From the IMG/VR virus record IMGVR_UViG_2711768009_000014: a stretch of DNA of 6,532 nucleotides. One strand, written 5' to 3'. This document shows, piece after piece, positions 5,675 to 6,532 of this stretch (positions are counted from its first letter, which is position 1; the number at the start of each line of letters is the position of its first letter). Below the pieces are notes generated by a model. It saw only the letters and a list, made by a program, of their open reading frames with translations. It ran no database searches and was not told the DNA's origin. The stretch is from a virus (Duplodnaviria > Heunggongvirae > Uroviricota > Caudoviricetes). Both the position numbers and the translations under genes were made by a program.

Positions 5675-6019
5675 TCATCGTAAAATATCCTCCACGCTTA
5701 TCAGTCCGTTCCGCTCCAGATAACTCATCGCCTTATCCGGTAATTTGCAGTCTGGCTTCGCTTTCCTCAGTTGCCAGGTTAACTGCTTTACCAGCATGGT
5801 TAACTCATCGACCAGACGCTGATATCCCACTGGTTTGTATTCATGCAATTTACCGGCTGGCTCTGCTGCCAGCGATACCAGTGCGATTTCCAGAACAGCA
5901 ATATCCATCTTATATGTGCGGATGATGTCATGGTCGATTGTGCCCGGTATGCACAGTCTCTGTGCTTCAATAGTCTCCTCTGCGTGAGCTATTAACTGCT
6001 CTCTGGTAAAAGTCGTCAT
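5675..6019 (-). CDS. Hypothetical protein (114 aa), longer member of a paralogous pair
   Basis: ATG overlaps the stop of the upstream 55-aa ORF (ATGA). Shares N-terminal MTTFTRE (vs MTTITKE) and the block [11 protein letters not shown] (vs [11 protein letters not shown]) with the 55-aa ORF. No family recognised. Confidence 0.55.
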   Translation of the reverse strand: MTTFTREQLIAHAEETIEAQRLCIPGTIDHDIIRTYKMDIAVLEIALVSLAAEPAGKLHEYKPVGYQRLVDELTMLVKQLTWQLRKAKPDCKLPDKAMSYLERNGLISVEDILR

Positions 6020-6183
6020 GCCGTAGCCCCTTCTTGATATTTTTCAAACCAGAACACAACCGGCTCTGCTTCCAGCGATGCCAGCGCAATCCGTGCCAGT
6101 TCCATTTGTTCACCACGGGTAAGCCCGTTTTCAAGCGGGTTTTTAATGAACAATTCAATACGTTCTTTGGTAATAGTGGTCAT
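6016..6183 (-). CDS. Hypothetical small protein (55 aa), shorter member of the paralogous pair; below the 60-aa cutoff of the ORF track
   Basis: ATG at 6183-6181 preceded by a strong SD (taaGGAGtaacacATG); translation [55 protein letters not shown]; stop overlaps the start of the 114-aa ORF. Confidence 0.5.
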   Translation of the reverse strand: MTTITKERIELFIKNPLENGLTRGEQMELARIALASLEAEPVVFWFEKYQEGATA

Positions 6184-6193
6184 GTGTTACTCC

Positions 6194-6392
6194 TTAACCC
6201 GCAGTGCTTTCAACTGATGAGGGGAACAAAATCTTTTCATCAAACCCTGCATTCATATCATGAACAGCAACACACCAATCCATCGACGAACGATTATCAA
6301 GAGCCTCCATGATTTCATCCATGCGGCGTAGGTCATACAGGTAAATGCTTTTATCGCCAATGGTGTAAAAGCCAATTTTTTTCGGTGATGGA
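6194..6392 (-). pseudogene. 3' fragment (about 65 codons) of a gene truncated by the IS insertion
   Basis: Open frame runs from inside the IS end (6424) across the junction at 6393/6392 to the stop at 6194; the first 10 codons are IS-derived, so only ...PSPKKIGFYTIGDKSIYLYDLRRMDEIMEALDNRSSMDWCVAVHDMNAGFDEKILFPSSVESTAG* is native. Product not recognised. Confidence 0.5.
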
Positions 6393-6532
6393 TGAGGTGT
6401 ACTGGCAATAGCGGACACTACCATTTGTTCTTTTTTTAAGCAGCCATCTGATGATATTTTTCCCTGAAGGCTGCCGGGGAGATATTCCCCAGACGAGAGT
6501 GACGACGCTGACGATTGTAGAAAATCTCAATG
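6393..6532 (-). mobile_element. Second copy of the same IS3-family element end, inverted orientation; the rest of the element lies outside the window
   Basis: Exact reverse complement of 1-140. Confidence 0.8.
6436..6531 (-). CDS. IS3-family transposase OrfB C-terminal fragment (5'-partial, runs off window end)
   Basis: Mirror image of 2..97; same translation ...IEIFYNRQRRHSRLGNISPAAFREKYHQMAA*. Confidence 0.75.
   Translation of the reverse strand: MEIFYNRQRRHSRLGNISPAAFREKYHQMAA

Noticed and set aside
5967-6312. ORFs 5967..6158 (-) and 6034..6312 (+)
   Set aside because: The first is an alternative frame across the 55-aa/114-aa pair, whose chosen frames have SDs, ATGA coupling and mutual paralogy; the second is antisense to the pair and the truncated gene.
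6393-6424. N-terminal 10 codons (MVVSAIASTP) of ORF 6194..6424
   Set aside because: These codons lie inside the IS terminal repeat; the apparent start is a junction artefact, so only 6194..6392 is reported, as a truncated gene fragment.
1-6532. CRISPR arrays, integrase or attachment sites
   Set aside because: No regularly spaced direct repeats; no tyrosine or serine recombinase ORF. The only long repeats are the two inverted IS ends.

Overview
This window reads as the late-regulatory segment of a lambdoid prophage, with every supported gene on the minus strand, bracketed by two inverted copies of the same IS3-family element end (1-140 and 6393-6532, a perfect 140-bp inverted repeat). Reading the minus strand from high to low coordinates: an IS-truncated gene fragment; a translationally coupled pair of small paralogous proteins of unknown function (55 aa and 114 aa); a hok/sok-type type I toxin-antitoxin locus; a 93-aa hypothetical gene; a tightly coupled DUF968/HNH-like gene, rusA and a lambda-Q-family antiterminator; a lambda-like pR' promoter with a tR' terminator about 60 nt downstream; a 65-aa small protein; a beta-class DNA methyltransferase interrupted by a 31-N gap; and three tRNA genes (CAU, Arg-UCG, Arg-UCU). 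The region where related phages carry toxin or lysis genes is a 444-bp non-coding stub ending at the left IS copy. All identifications are from reading the sequence and recalled family motifs; no database search was run. The most likely candidate for something undescribed is the paralogous small-protein pair next to hok; the Q protein's expanded zinc-finger region and the Q-controlled methyltransferase are the next most interesting.
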